The notes under the pieces: model-generated
What the model saw: only the letters and a program-made list of their open reading frames with translations
Databases searched by the model: none
What the model was told of the DNA's origin: nothing
Part shown: positions 1-13,484 of the stretch, in pieces
How the letters are laid out: every line of letters starts with the position of its first letter
How positions within the stretch are numbered: the first letter of the stretch is position 1
Assembly: GCA_002633005.1 (NCBI GenBank)
Contig: NMRA01000785.1
Location: 1 to 64,000, forward strand
Direction of reading: 5' to 3'
DNA: 64,000 nt
Source of the DNA: Phoronis australis
Lineage: Eukaryota > Animalia > Phoronida
Translations under genes and position numbers: made by a program

Positions 1-2664
1 AGACAAATTCGTCTCCACATCAATCCCAGTGTTGAACCTGTTGCACAGCCGTTACGGCGAATACCGTACAATCTGAAGGACAAAGTTGAAGATAAAATAA
101 ACGAACTATTGAAGTTGGACATAATAGAACCCGTTGATGGTCCCACTCCATGGTTAAACCCGGAAGTGGTCATACCTAAAAACAAAGATGAGATTCGTTT
201 GTGTTTGGACACGAGACGCGCAAATGAAGCAGTTTTGAGGGAGCGACACCCCATTCCTACTGTAAACGAGATCCTGCAAAACATGAATGGATCTACAGTT
301 TTCAGTAAGCTAGACTTGAAGTGGGGATATCACCAAATTGAATTGTCTCCAGAATCCCGTGACATAACTACATTTGCTGTCCATGTTGGATTGTTTAGAT
401 ACAAACGCCTGCTGTTTGGAGTAAGCTCCGCAACTGAACAGTACCAGTACGAAATAAGTCGAGCTGTATCTGGAATTGAAGGAGTCGAAAATATTTCGGA
501 CGATATAATTGTACATGGTCCAGATGTAGAATCGCACAATAAACGCCTACATCTTGTTTTGAAGCGACTAGAGAACTGTGGACTAACCCTAAACGGTGAG
601 AAATGTCAGTTTGGCATGAATAAGCTGGTATTCATGGGAATACTATTGTCTGAAAAGGGTATTGGCCCCACTGAAGCCCGAGTTGAAGCCATTCGGAATG
701 CGAGGGAGCCGCAAACCGCGAGTGAGGTAAGATCTTTTCTTGGCCTTGCTAATTTCTCGAGTCGGTTTATACGAGATTTTGCCACGATCTCCGAACCATT
801 AAGACGACTGACAAAAAAGGGGACTGTTTTTAAATTTGGCCCAGAGCAGAGAAAGTCCTTTGCACTCCTGAGAGACAGTCTGACGAGCGAGAGCACACTT
901 GCTTACTACGACAAGGATGCACCGACACAGGTTATCGCTGATGCTAGTCCTGTTGGACTTGGTGCCGTCCTGATGCAAGAACAACGAGGCGTCAAAGTTC
1001 CCGTTTGCTACGCTAGTCGAGCACTGTCTGATTGTGAACGCCGTTACAGCCAAACCGAAAAGGAAGCACTCAGTCTGGTATGGGCGTGCGAGAAATTCCA
1101 TGCTTATTTGTTTGCCAAAGAGTTTGATCTGATCACTGACCACAAACCATTAGAAACCATTTATGGCCCCCGATCCAAACCCTGTGCGAGGATCGAGCGT
1201 TGGGTATTACGACTGCAGCCATATAACTTTCGAATAAAGCACGTTGCCGGCAGTCAAAACATTGCTGATACATTATCGCGCCTGGTGAATCCTGCAGACA
1301 TTCAAAACAAACAAACCGATGAAGCTGAGGACTGTGTCCGCTTTATTGCGATCAATGCCACGCCAAATGCTCTGTCAACGCGTGAGATTGAAATCCAATC
1401 CTTGGATGACCCCGAATTGTCTGAGGTCAGGAAAGCCGTCGCAACTGGAAGATTCGAAAATTGTCGGAATTTTCAGGCTGTTGCTGGAGAACTGTGTGTT
1501 GTTGGAAAAGTAATTTTGAGGGGCACCCGAATTGTGATCCCGCGTAAAATGCGCCCCACAGTATTATCGCTTGCGCATGAAGGTCATTTAGGAATTGTTG
1601 GGACGAAACAACGTTTACGTACTAAAGTGTGGTGGCCCGGCATGGATAAGGATGCTGAAAGGCACTGCAAATCGTGCTATGGTTGTCAACTTGTGGCACG
1701 ACCCGATGTTGCAGAGCCGATTCGTTCCACTGAGTTACCGGACGGACCTTGGCAAGACATTGCTGTCGATCTGATGGGACCATTTCCCTCTGGACATTCG
1801 GTAGTAGTTGTAGTGGATTACTACAGTCGATTTTATGAGATCGAGATTTTGAAATCCACGCTTGCAAATAACGTCATTGATGCATTGTGGGAGATGTTCT
1901 GTAGGTTTGGTTTACCGTTATCGATCAAGTCAGACAACGGCCCGCAGTTTAAATCCGAACAGTTCCACCAATTTTGTGTAGAAAATGGAATTCGACAACA
2001 AAAAGTCACTCCGAGATGGGCCCAAGCAAATGGGGAGGTGGAACGTCAAAATGCGTCATTGTTGAAACGTATTAAAATAGCGTAAAGCGAAGGACTTGAC
2101 TGGAAACGGGAGATATGTAAATACTTGATGGCATACCGTTCGTTAGAACACGCCACAACTGGACGAAGCCCCGCTGAACTCATGTTTGGCAGGAAAATGC
2201 GTACAAAACTGCCCGAATTCAAAATGGAAGGCGAACATTACGACATTGAGTTACGAGACCGAGACTCGGAAGTAAAAGCCAAATACAAAGTGCATGCAGA
2301 TGCCGCAAGGAATGCGAAACCATCGGAAGTATCCGTTGGCGACATGGTGCTTGTACGACAAGACAAAGAAAACAAGTACACAACGAACTTCAACCCGACA
2401 CCACATGAAGTTGTTGACAAATCGGGAAATCAGGTGGTTATAAAATCGCCGGAAGGAGTCAGTTATTCCCGGAACACAACGGCAGTGAAGAAGTTTGTTG
2501 TTCCAACTGATAGGTTAGTCAGCGATGCGGACAATACGATTACGCAAGTTCCAACTCAGTTACCGGACGTACCAGCTGATCCAACCGCGAATGACGTATT
2601 GTCGGAAGGACGACCGAGACGAGTCATACGACCGCCTGCACATTTGAAAGACTTTATCATTTGA
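1..2664 (+). pseudogene. Gypsy pol polyprotein (RT, RNase H, integrase) with one in-frame stop
   Basis: Frame 1 is open from base 1. RT motifs FSKLDLKWGYHQI, LLFG and ISDDII; RNase H DAS..GLGAVL, EKEAL and TDHKPL; integrase HHCC (HEGHLG..CYGC) and D-D-E (VDLMGP, SDNGPQF, NGEVER). TAA at 2083-2085; ORF 2125-2664 continues in the same frame. Confidence 0.93.
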
Positions 2665-2854
2665 TTTGATCTTTGTTTGTGACTACTTTGGTGCATGGTG
2701 ATTTCTTGATTAATTGTTTGTGACTAACCTGTTTATGCACTCACTGTAGAGGAAGCCTTATGTAATAATGATTGAGTACACTAGTGTTGTTTTGATGTTT
2801 GATGACTAAATGTTTCATTGGTAGTTTTATCCTTGATGACTGAACATTTTGTCT

Positions 2855-2868
2855 AAGGAAAGGAGAGA
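2855..2868 (+). other. Polypurine tract
   Basis: AAGGAAAGGAGAGA immediately before the TG that starts the LTR. Confidence 0.8.
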
Positions 2869-3097
2869 TGTCATGTATTGAATTTCTACCAGATGTTTAT
2901 AGTTCCGGTAACACTTAAATGTATGACTGTTAATTAATCACGTGTCACTATGACGTATATCCTTAGCGTGTATAAATAGTTTTCTTGCATGTATTTTAGT
3001 CACTTGGATGTCGTTTGCTTTAATGCTGAATACTTTGATAATATAACTCTTATATCATTCAATTGGTTTTTATACGTCGTATACCGACGACGTTACA
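2869..3097 (+). repeat. 3' LTR (about 229 bp)
   Basis: Starts TGTCATG after the PPT and ends CGTTACA (imperfect terminal inverted repeat). Internal TATAAATA at 2971-2978. The right boundary is inferred because no second LTR is available to compare. Confidence 0.7.
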
Positions 3098-3635
3098 TGC
3101 ACTTTTAATGTTGAGGGAGGGGGCTCAGATCGAATTTCAAGTGTCAAAGTCGTAACATGGCCCAATCGTAACGGAACTGCGGCTGAGTATAGGTTCTCCC
3201 GCGTTATCCCAGGCGACCGGCAGTGGCGCAGCGCACTACGACTCCGTTTCCGTCGTCTGCTTCACTGTGCAATGAAGAAAATTACTTCATTTTTTAAAAG
3301 AAAATGGAAGCTGAGAGACGATGAAAAAACAGAAGCTGCTGGTAAGATCTGAATTTTACTCGAAGCATTAGTGAATCACTCAGAAACTCATAATTCTCTC
3401 TTTGTCACAGCGTACTGTGACGATTTCCAAAGCAATCGCGTCCATATTGCCAACACGAGAAACGGATTTGGTCTTTTAGGCAATTGAAGACTATTTTAAA
3501 TACAACAAATTTGTTACGAACCGATTGCACAAAATATAAAACGTGTAATAAGCCTTACAAAAAATAGGTTTCGTGCGCAAACACTGTGGACCATAGTCAA
3601 GTAGGTCTCTATGAAACTAATTAGGAGTAAAATCT

Positions 3636-3693
3636 TAGTGGTGTAGAGGTAAAGCACGCGCGCTGTATTCGCCAGGTCGTGGGTTCGAGTCTG
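3636..3693 (+). repeat. tRNA-derived SINE head remnant
   Basis: A-box-like TGGTGTAGAGG (3639-3649) and B-box GGTTCGAGTC (3682-3691). No closing acceptor stem, so not a tRNA gene. Confidence 0.5.
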
Positions 3694-6588
3694 TAGTTAA
3701 TGCAGTTGTTCCTGTTGGACACGTTCTCCGTGTTTTTTGTTTTTTCCTTTTTTCTTTGATAATACTCCAGGAATCAAGGAAAACGCTTGATTTTTAGAGG
3801 AAAAAACAAAAAACTTCCTGGGCGGTAGGGGGAAAACACCCCTCCTGACCTCCTCCCATTCGGTGCTATGCGCGTCTACAATCGCGCTTTGCGCAAATGC
3901 TTACAGACAAAATGTTGGCCCCTGTCTTGTGATATCCTACATCCGCCACTGTATACTTCCTTTCTTTTCAATCAGTGGTCATGCATATTGTAGAATCCCA
4001 AGTTATCAAATTCCGTATGTAAGCCAATGTGCTTGTCCCAAGTTATCTAATTCCGTCTGTAAGCCAATGTGCTTGTAGAGTGAAGTGGTGTATTTTATGG
4101 AGACTTTTCTAAAGTGTAACAAATATCAGCCCGTTGCTTCGGATATAATTCCAGTTTCCCCTTTCTCTGCTATGCATCCATGACCTCACGGATTTACTAG
4201 CATGCAAGGTTTCATAGTAAAACTTCCAATTTTGAATTTGTTCATGCTGCCTAACGATTATATTGACTTACCATTTTCAGTTGCTTTCCTACCGACGATG
4301 TCCTTTCCTGTGCCCTTCACGGTTATTGCCAAAGCCCAAAAATGGCTTTGAGCACTTCCTCCTAAACAGAAACGACAACGAACGACTTTTGGGCAACAGT
4401 CTTAACCCGTCTGAAGGGGTGTTTTGTTTGGTTGATCTGATTAAAGAACAAATTGAAGGACACCGCGAAACGTTCATGGATGTCGGAAATGTTCCAAATG
4501 GTGCAGTTGTCACCAGAGCATACGGCCTCATTCAGTATACATGTAATCATCTAAGAAAGGTGGCAGATTCTGCAGGACACTCAGACTCATGTGTCCACGC
4601 TCAGATCTCGGAAGCTATACTGTTTTTACAGGCGCCCATTTTATGGTCCGTTAAAAATTTTTTGCCTCGCATCAGTATATTTCTGAACTCATATCTCCAT
4701 CACGCATCAATCCCAGCCAGGCGAGAAGTTAGGCGGAATCGTGGTGAAAACGCTCGTAACTCATGATTACCGTCCCTGAGAATTTTGAACGCAGGCAGAG
4801 AATCTATAAATTGGGATCACGTGAAGTGAACGTGTGAAACTTGTTGAGTTTTTAAAGATTTTTTACCACTCAAATTTCCTACTTTCTAGGTCATGCGCAT
4901 CTCCAAAATATGGCGCATGCGTTCGGGTTTTTACGGTAAATTCAGACAGTGTTCCAAATGATGTCTTTATCTTGTACAATATCTGGATTTCAAAATGAAA
5001 GACATGTATGCGTTTCATGACGTTAACCTGATATCCAACTACTTCTCGAATTATTAAATTGTTCTTACCCAGGAGCTCAAACTTTCGTATACTGTGGGAC
5101 CTTCTTTGGTGAAAAATTTCACTCCGTGGCTAGAGTAATCCAGACACAAATCACGTTCGTCTGACAACTCGGGCCTCTTCTGTGGTACAGGCAAAAAATG
5201 ACTCACACAAAAATTGTGGCAATTTGGGCAAATTGCGACTTTTTGTGCCCACGGCGCTGACCCCATTTGTCACAGTTGTGAAGCTGTGACAATTTGGGAC
5301 GATGTGACAATTTAGGCCTGCACAAGGCTGCAACCGCCTACCTGAGGCATTTCCTTCGCGTGCGCTATGAATGACTTTCTGCATATAATACCCGTATTCT
5401 ATAGAACAATGTGGAAATGAATTTATTTCCCTGGTGGTAATTCTAATAGCGTTATGAAAGATGAAGGAGTGAATAAACAAGTGTCAGCTTTAACATTTAG
5501 ATTATTATAACCGAATGGTGACATAAAATACCCATTATATAAAGAAGATGGGAGATTGATTAGCTTAATGCAAAATCATTGCATAATTCCATGTGGTCTT
5601 TTGGTGCAAACTTTGATTTCACATCAGATAGGGATGCAGGTGAAATTAACATATCAAATCCCCAGTATCGACTTGATGGAAGGCACACGAAGAAAGGGAT
5701 CATGAATGTCTGTATCTTTTTGTACAAAATGTAAAAATGGGTTAAATGAGCTGTAAGCATTGGCCAAGTTACTTTGCTTTGACGGAAGTTTAATTATGTA
5801 ATTCGGGATATTTTGAGGGAGTCCTGGAATTGGATTGGTTTATAAACTGGAGAGATATACTACCTCCAAACTGGCCAGGTGTTCATGAACACTGACCTGT
5901 TCACACCATTTATCAATTGATTGCCAATATGAAGAGTGCCTACCCTGCCCCTAGGAGTGCTATTTTTAAATTGACATGTTGAGTTACATTAATGTGGGAA
6001 TTTTAAGCTGTTGAATTGAAATGTTAATGAACTTTAAATTGAAATAATCCTGTTGTTTTAATTTAATTTAACAGATCTCTTTTCTGCTGATAAAACGCCC
6101 AAACGTGAAGCCGCCGGTCATTTTAACCGAAGCTGTGGAATTGTTGCATGTAAATATTTAACAGGACACTTGACTAAGCAGTGCCAAACACCTGGTATTT
6201 GGAAAAACATCTCTTTGAATATTTCTCCTGGTGAACTTGGGACACGACCTAAACGTCGTGAAAGCTCTACGGAAACAAGACTACGCATTAAACTATGTGA
6301 ATGAAGAGGAGCGGTGACAAGTGTAGAGTAGTTTAAAGCAGTTTTAAATTGCACGGTGACTCAACATATACACTGTACAGATCGTTAAGATTCAAACCCC
6401 CTAGCGGATTGCAATCAATGGTCAATACCGCAAGGCCCCTCTTCGTAAACCCTGGATTTTCCCTGCCTTCGCTAACTAGTCATATCCAATTACCCCTTAG
6501 TAAATAAGCATTGCATTTTTCTTGTATAATGTAATTAACATATCAGACACCACTGTGTTATATAAATTACATGACGCCAGAAAATTCC

Positions 6589-6678
6589 TATAAATAGCGG
6601 ACGCACTCTCTCTTAACTTGCAACAGAGGTTTGAGAACAATTTGCTTGAATTTAGAAGAGACGCTGACATTGGTGAGT
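6589..6678 (+). promoter_or_regulatory. TATA promoter and putative non-coding first exon
   Basis: TATAAATA at 6589-6596 and a consensus donor G|GTGAGT at 6673. The nearest good downstream coding exon is the signal-peptide exon at 11891. Confidence 0.4.
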
Positions 6679-7685
6679 ATCTAGTAGAATGAATAACTGT
6701 GAGCATCCATTTAAACACTTTGCAAGGGAGATAATAGATGGGGGCGGGGAATGCCGTAACGTAACTGCGTCTTTGTGCAGTGTGCATGTTCAGAAACCTC
6801 AACTTTAGACTTTGTTTTTCAAAATTTTATTCAATAATCTCTTTAAAACACACTTAATTTTGCTCGACATAGGCGTATATTGTTTGAATAAAAATCAACG
6901 AGCTGAACGATGACACTTATTATAATTATGCAACATTTTCAGTTATTTTAAAGTGTTTCCATCATGGAAGGGCTTCAAAGCTAAGTGAAACTGATTCCAA
7001 TTTCAAAATACAAAGTTGTTTCATGCACAATACAAGATGCCTCCCAAAGTTGGTAAGGCACATTTTTTTCAAAATCATTTAATTTCTTGGAATCTTGCCA
7101 CCCAAATGTTATTTACGATAAGGCACAAACTTGCTTGGGAGTCAATTTCAAGGAAAAAAAAGAAACTTGTTTTAATATGTGATAGCTTTTGCTGGTGTCA
7201 CACGACCAAACTAGTTAGTTTTTGTTTTCTCGATATTTACACAGAGGCTTAAGAAATTCCCAAGCAAGTTTAGAACATCTTCACTAGAGCATAGAGATTT
7301 TTCCGAGCCTCCTAAAATAGCTGTGTGCCATCATTGAATCGGATTATTAAAGACTCATGAACCTTAAGTTTAATCCCAATTCTAATTGTCTTTGCTCTGA
7401 TCATAGCAGCCGACATCTCGGCGCATTCAATAAACAAACAGGGGAGATAATGGATCAACTCATTTTACTTCTCTCTCCATATTAAAACAACTAGAAGGCT
7501 CCCCACTAACATAACACAAGATTTGAAATTTGTGTAGAAAAAAATGACCTATCTCTTCCTTGACCAACGGAACTAGCCGCTGCCCGTGCTTAGCGACAGG
7601 TAGTGGCTAGTGGGAAATGCCGAGTCGTAACAGCTACTGTATACATGTACATTCAAGCGTTCATCGCAAGAGACAGGACTACTTC

Positions 7686-8660
7686 TTAACCCTTATCCTG
7701 CGCTAGGCGAGGTCAGCCGACAAGCCGATTATCCTATTAAAATGCGTTGGGTGCACTCAATCGACTATAATAAGAGACAACTGGGCTGCACTCACCCCAA
7801 GATCGCTGGTGTTTTTTCATTCAGAAATCGTGAGAGCGTAGTGGGTTGTTTAATTATGTGAGCATGCGTATTCCATGGTTCGTACAGTTGTAGTTTCCTG
7901 TACATTCCTCTGATTTACACGATGTGGATGTTATGAGTTATGGAGATACCGGTATTTGAAAGTTAACACACAGTTTTGTGCCAAGATGACTGATGACCAG
8001 TTTCTTGAGGAAGTGTTCATGGACTCAGATAGTGAAAACGAGCTAGGAATTGGCACTCGAAAGGGACGGTGACAGGGAAACTAACAAAAGGTCATAAATA
8101 ATGCAGATTCTATTGATTCGGATCTCAGTGCAAACTTTTAATCACAATTTCTATCACTTTCAAATTTTAGTGGGCAAGGTGTGCGGCTGCGGGGTTCCTT
8201 CTCCGACAGCATGAATGTCTTTCCAGAACATTTGACCCTGTAATGTAACACAAAGTACGGTAGTGAAAAACTTAGAATGCAATTCACAATATCGTATTGT
8301 ACACAAAGTACATCTATATAACTGTATTTTCAAGAGTCTTATCGTAAATGTACATACTGAGGTGAAAACGCCACCTATCTGTTTGACGATTATCGTCGAC
8401 ATGCAGCTAGGTGGCAGTGTGATGAGCACGTTAGACACCGGAATTTCTTATAACCCGGATGCTCAGATCGTCGTGGAACATACATCGCGCTAACGACCGA
8501 CAGGGGTGCATGCACCGACACTCACCATGCCCGCTACAGCAGTAAAAATAAGACGTTGTTCTTCAGTAATTCTACGGCTTTTGTAACAAAGAAAAGTCTG
8601 CCATTGTTTTGCAGACAGTGCGTACTCGTGGCACGCGCATGTGCAATTTACCCAAAATTT
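7686..8660 (+). mobile_element. piggyBac-like remnant (left end plus transposase fragments)
   Basis: TTAA|CCCTT terminus at 7686-7694; acidic N-terminus MTDDQFLEEVFMDSDSENE from 7986; RPTGVHAP..RRC fragment near 8495-8560 resembling the piggyBac C-terminus. No right TIR was found. Confidence 0.45.
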
Positions 8661-10499
8661 ACGATATCTCTATGGAGTTTGTTGGGAAATTAAGTTTTCT
8701 GATATTAAAATACTAAAAACGTGTAACGAAATGAAACCAGTTCCGAATGTTATAACTTGTACGCAACCTCACAGATTGAAGAAACGGGGAAATTGACTAA
8801 TAGGTGACGCAATGATGCTGACGGAGACCCAAAAGTGCGAATCACAATTTTAGCACCAGAATAACGGCAGAGCACCATTATTTCAGCACCAGTAAATAAT
8901 TTAGTTTAGTCAACGAAGGGTGTATTTTTAATGGCATCTTTAATTTTGGTGGGGTCAGGCCCGATGAATTAGTCATACCTGTACATGTATATACGCGACA
9001 AAAGCTGGAGGGAGTGAAATTATGCCGACGGACTGACGTCACCCTGGCTGTTGAGCCGACTCCTTGGTTCCTTGCGCGTGTAGATAACACGCAATTATCA
9101 TCCAGTAGTACGCGCTTTGTCACTGGCTGATGTAGTCCCGGCAGTCATTCGTTAACTTAATAACTATGTAAGAAAGAAAATGGCGGACTATGAACGATTT
9201 TTACCCATGTCATTCTAGTCACGGCAACTATTTCGTTTCTGCATTAATTGTTTAAAAGCCGCGTGCTTGAAGCAAATACATGTGCAATAAACACACATCT
9301 GGCCCATGTACAGTAACTGGTGTGTTAGTCATACTGTGTGAATGCAGGATGGCAACGTAAACAAAAAGGTCAGCGGGACTGTAGAAAATTGCACTTTGAA
9401 AAAGGCGCAACCACAATTACCTGGGATTTGCACATGAACATGAATTAAGTACCGGTTTCTTTGTACAACACACAACTATTACACTTGGTTTATAAATCAT
9501 GCCATTTTTTGAGTAAAAAGGTCACGCGGGAAATGAAATGATACCTGGGTGTGTTCTACCACCTTCCGACGGGCAGCGAACCAACGAGTTAAAGACCTAG
9601 AGATACACGTTTTTAACCCTTATTAATTGGTTAGAAGACATTATAAGAAACCACGCGGTACTTATCCCATGACCAATACACAATCCGTAGTCGAAGAGAG
9701 TTTAAATCAACGCGTCACTCACGATTCCGACCCGAAGGTCACACCGCCATTTTGAACTACGGTTAGTTCAAAACCAGAAGTACAAATGATTCAGGAACTC
9801 AGGCTTAGTATACGGCGTTTGTGCGTCTGGATTATGGTCTGTTACCAGCCTGCAACCGCGGGGATAAAATAACCGACAGCGGACCTCAACTTTAATAAAA
9901 TCAAAATGAGGACAATTCGTACTGAAAATGTTTACAATATGTGGCAAAATAAATTTTGACAGCAATTGTTTTGCCGGGCTCGGACCTGCCGTCGATGACC
10001 CGGTGAAGACCGATAGAGACCACTCGCACTGTTAAAAGACGAAAGCATGCCGTCCCCAGCGGTTTGATCGGAATAAATGGTTCAAATAGGGAATGTCGTA
10101 TACCTGCAAAGATAGTTTCCGAGATTTGTATAAATTACGGACTAGTAACAGTCGTGCGCCAATGATTGAATAACATCATGGGCCGACTAAGATGGCGGGC
10201 TATTGTAATCGTGCTTTACGGGGTTTAATTAACTCTGGTAAACAAACAGTATTAACAGAACATTAAAGAGGAAATTGCAAGGTCATAACCAATCTGAACA
10301 ACAATATGGTATAAATTCTAGTTTATAATTATCGTTGCTATATCCTTAACATTAACTGAATTGTACGCCGCTATACAAAGTTATTTACATATCTAGTGCC
10401 GTGGTGTTGTAACGCCATCGTTGTAACGGAGACTAGAAACGGCGCCATTTTCGTTCGTTACACAACTGTGACGTGGTGTTGGGGAACACAAAGGAAGCA

Positions 10500-10786
10500 A
10501 TGTGTGTCCAAGTGAGTACAGCAGTGTAGATGTGGAATACTTTGAACGATACAGGGACGGACAGGTGGACTTTTCAGATGATTCCGACCCTTTGGACGAG
10601 GAGGTGGAGGTGACAGATCCCAGAGGAACAATATGTGTTCACAGCTTTTCTGTAGTGGAGCCGTTCTCCCTCGATCCCTTTCACGGCCCTTTCTCTGGTC
10701 GCCGAAGACTCACTCCCAGCGGGTAAATCCTGTGAACGTCAACAGGCTGAAGGTGCGCAGGAGTTGCGATTAGATGTTAGTGATTG
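10500..10786 (+). pseudogene. First exon of a P2X7-ballast-like (KolX-type) protein typical of KolobokP transposons
   Basis: Acidic N-terminus, VEPFSLDP (resembles PYxFEP), then RLDVSDW split by a phase-2 donor TG|GTAAGC at 10787, where WCxCGxC is expected. Frameshifted, and the next exon was not found. Confidence 0.45.
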
Positions 10787-11890
10787 GTAAGCATATTATC
10801 AATATGTATCCTACAACCCCGAATTATAACTTGGTCTTTTTTAATTCAAAAGTANAGTATTAACAGAACATTAACGAACAAAATTGCTATACAGTTAGAC
10901 GCGACTTCGCTACAGCCGGGCGGCTGACCGCCAAGAGAATGGGCTACAACCATTTGGTAGAAACATCTTGCCATGGTGCCAAATGTTGAAATATAAGTAT
11001 TAAAGTAACACGAATAATTTCCATTTAGCCATACGCTGCTAGCCGGCGGAGCCGGACTGACTGTCCTGCCGTGCTCGGACATCTGTGCTCCGCGGGGCAA
11101 GATGAAAACATCAATTATCTACCTGGCTCTGAATGAGTTAAATTCCTGTGAAAAAGAGATTAAATATACTGAGTCATGCTCCTAAAATTGCAATATTTTC
11201 CCATCGCCGACATTCAGTTCATTGACTAAAATTCACTACACTCCCCCCCGTCCCTGTTTGTGGCGTCGGGAATTTTTATATTTAGACAACAGAGGTATAC
11301 TGTATCTTGTAAGTTTGTTTTCGTGAGGTTTGAAAATATATTTCTACTTATAATTAAAAACCAAAGTAATTTAGCAAGTGATTATTTCCCGTCTAAGAGT
11401 CACGGCAACTGGAGGCCGGGGAATTACCGGTACTTCGCCTTCACTGTGTCCTAGCAGCAAAATCAAGCACAGATGTGGAGCTCACTGTTTTGAGATAAAA
11501 CTTGTTTTTGTTTGTCAAAAAACCGCCGGTTGTGTTTTTTCTAATCTATTTTACGTGTTTAACGGCCAGTAATGCCCGTACCGATTTGCTGCCAATTACG
11601 CACTGCGTTCACACATCCGGGTAGTCAACGTGACACGCAATTGCTCACTTCAGGCTGGTACATGTGCTTTGCATCAATTTAAAAAAATATGGCGATAAAG
11701 ATAAGATATTTGTTGATCAAGATTTTTTTCCTCTAATTTATTACCTAAACATGGAACAAAAGGAATAAAGACTATCACAAACAATGTCGTGTGTGCAACA
11801 CGTTAATTCATATGTACGAGCACACTACCAAATTCTAGAAGCACATAGAGTTTTAGTGTCGTTTGTTAAAAATGATCCTTTATGTTTCAG

Positions 11891-12155
11891 ACGTGATGAA
11901 GTTTACTGCTGCTCTTTTGTTGACGGTGTTGGCGGGCCAGTGTTACGGTAATACTCTTCAATCATATTATAGGGCTGTTAATGAAAATCACGTGACCGGG
12001 CATTGCAAATTTACAGCCGTCAGGATGTTATGAATGTTAAATCGTTAGGAATGAACCTGTGGTGCTGTGGATCGGGCCATGGCAGACATTGCGCCTTTTT
12101 CGTTGCCATCTGTCCCTCAAAAAATAATGTCTGTCATAAGTTGTCATCTCTGAGG
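11891..12155 (+). pseudogene. Secreted Ly6/uPAR (three-finger) domain pseudogene
   Basis: Exon 11891-11947 (acceptor TTTCAG, donor GTAATA) encodes the signal peptide MKFTAALLLTVLAGQCY. After a 69-nt intron, the acceptor at 12016 gives AVR-(1-nt insertion)-CYEC-stop and later ICPSKNNVCHKL. Confidence 0.5.
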
Positions 12156-12460
12156 TGCATTTTTTTAATATTGCTTTATTTCTACAAAAAATAATCAACC
12201 AGTGGGAGAAAGGCAGTGGTTTGGGTATAGAAACTGATGTCATAGGAATGTGTTTTAGCCGGGCCTTAAAAGCATAATGGGATATGGAATTCTATACAAC
12301 TCTTTATCTCCGCATGCTCCTTGGGTTTCACAGGTTACAGAAGTTTCTAAACAAGTTGAAACTGTAGTACAAAAAAAACAAAAAAAAAATCCGGAATTGC
12401 AGTTTGCCCTGAGTCTCATTCACAGGCTTCGGTTATCTCTTATGATTTTTCCTTGATATN

Positions 12461-12605
12461 ATCGTTTGGTCCACGATGAGGTCCCACACTCTCGTTCGGC
12501 GCACGAAGCGATGCCACTTCTGCGTAACTTTGGTGTCCTTCGGAACACCGAGACGTTCTCTGCCTGGCTGCTGTTGCTGCAGCCTCTGGAAACACATCTT
12601 TTGAT
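12461..12605 (-). pseudogene. THAP domain remnant (transposon-derived)
   Basis: KRCVSRGCSNSSQAENVSVF..(frameshift)..KWHRFVRRTRVW, truncated at the N at 12460. A Kolobok-like CTTTAA lies upstream at about 12842-12847. Confidence 0.65.
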
Positions 12606-13484
12606 CCCTCTACGAACCTTCTCGACGCTACATGTACTTTGCTTTCGCTTCACTCTATACACTTTGTCTCTGATCCGAACAGTATGTCGAACGACTTGGG
12701 TTCAACCCATGACGTTGTACATAATTATTATTTTTTTTAATTTTTGCGTGTTTCTTTATGAGCTGTACACTAAAGGCACTGAAATCAAGTAAGATATAAT
12801 AATAAAATTTGTTTTGAGGTACTAGGGTCATGTTGTGTACACTTTAAAGCAGAATCTGAGTTGAAGCATTCCCTAATATTGACACTTGAATGTCATTTCT
12901 GTTTTATGCTAATAAAATGGAAAGTTCATAGACTTTGTAGTTGAGGCACAATATCTAGTTAATATGATACAATACAAGGCAACGTGCATAGTATATGCAT
13001 ATACAACTACATATTACACAGGTGCTTGCCAATGCTGCCCCCCAGGGTGTTTATGATGGATCTGATTATTTAGAGAACGATAACATCAGCACCCTTGGGG
13101 CAAAGTAATTAACTAAAATTGTATGGTGTCTTTGATAATTGAGGCAGATTTTGAGGTACGCATTCCGGTAAAGTTGCCTCAATGTCGAACGTTAAATGTG
13201 TCAACATATCATTTTTTTCACGCTTAAGGTCCAAGTATGTTGAATTGTAAGAATATCCTCAAGGTATTGCTATTTGGATGTATTTTATTCCAATTATCGT
13301 AAAAATGTATCTTTGGTTCTCTTAAAAAAGCGAAAATAAAAAAAAAATCCGCGAGAAGTTGACCTTTGGTACCGTGACATGGTGTTGGGGAACACAAACT
13401 TGATCACTTCCCACAATGCAGTTCACCGTCATATCACGGTACAAGACGAACAATGACCGTTCAATCTTAGCGTGTTTTAGCAAT

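Larger units (their letters stand above)
1..3097 (+). mobile_element. Gypsy/Ty3 LTR retrotransposon (Mag/K02A2.6-like), 3' part: pol, PPT and 3' LTR
   Basis: Domain order RT-RNaseH-integrase, followed by a polypurine tract and a TG...CA LTR. The 5' part lies outside the window. Confidence 0.95.

Noticed and set aside
3636-3693. tRNA gene
   Set aside because: A and B boxes only; no acceptor stem could be formed.
3221-3951. Complete hAT element between CAGTGGCG and CGCCACTG
   Set aside because: The flanks give no TSD, and the left match is short and probably internal.
4263-4766. 167-aa ORF with VADSAGHS, faintly like a tyrosine-recombinase box II
   Set aside because: A single weak motif with no catalytic Arg/Tyr context and a non-ATG start; not supportable.
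5520-6310. Coding-like fragments
   Set aside because: Multiple stops and no recognisable motif.
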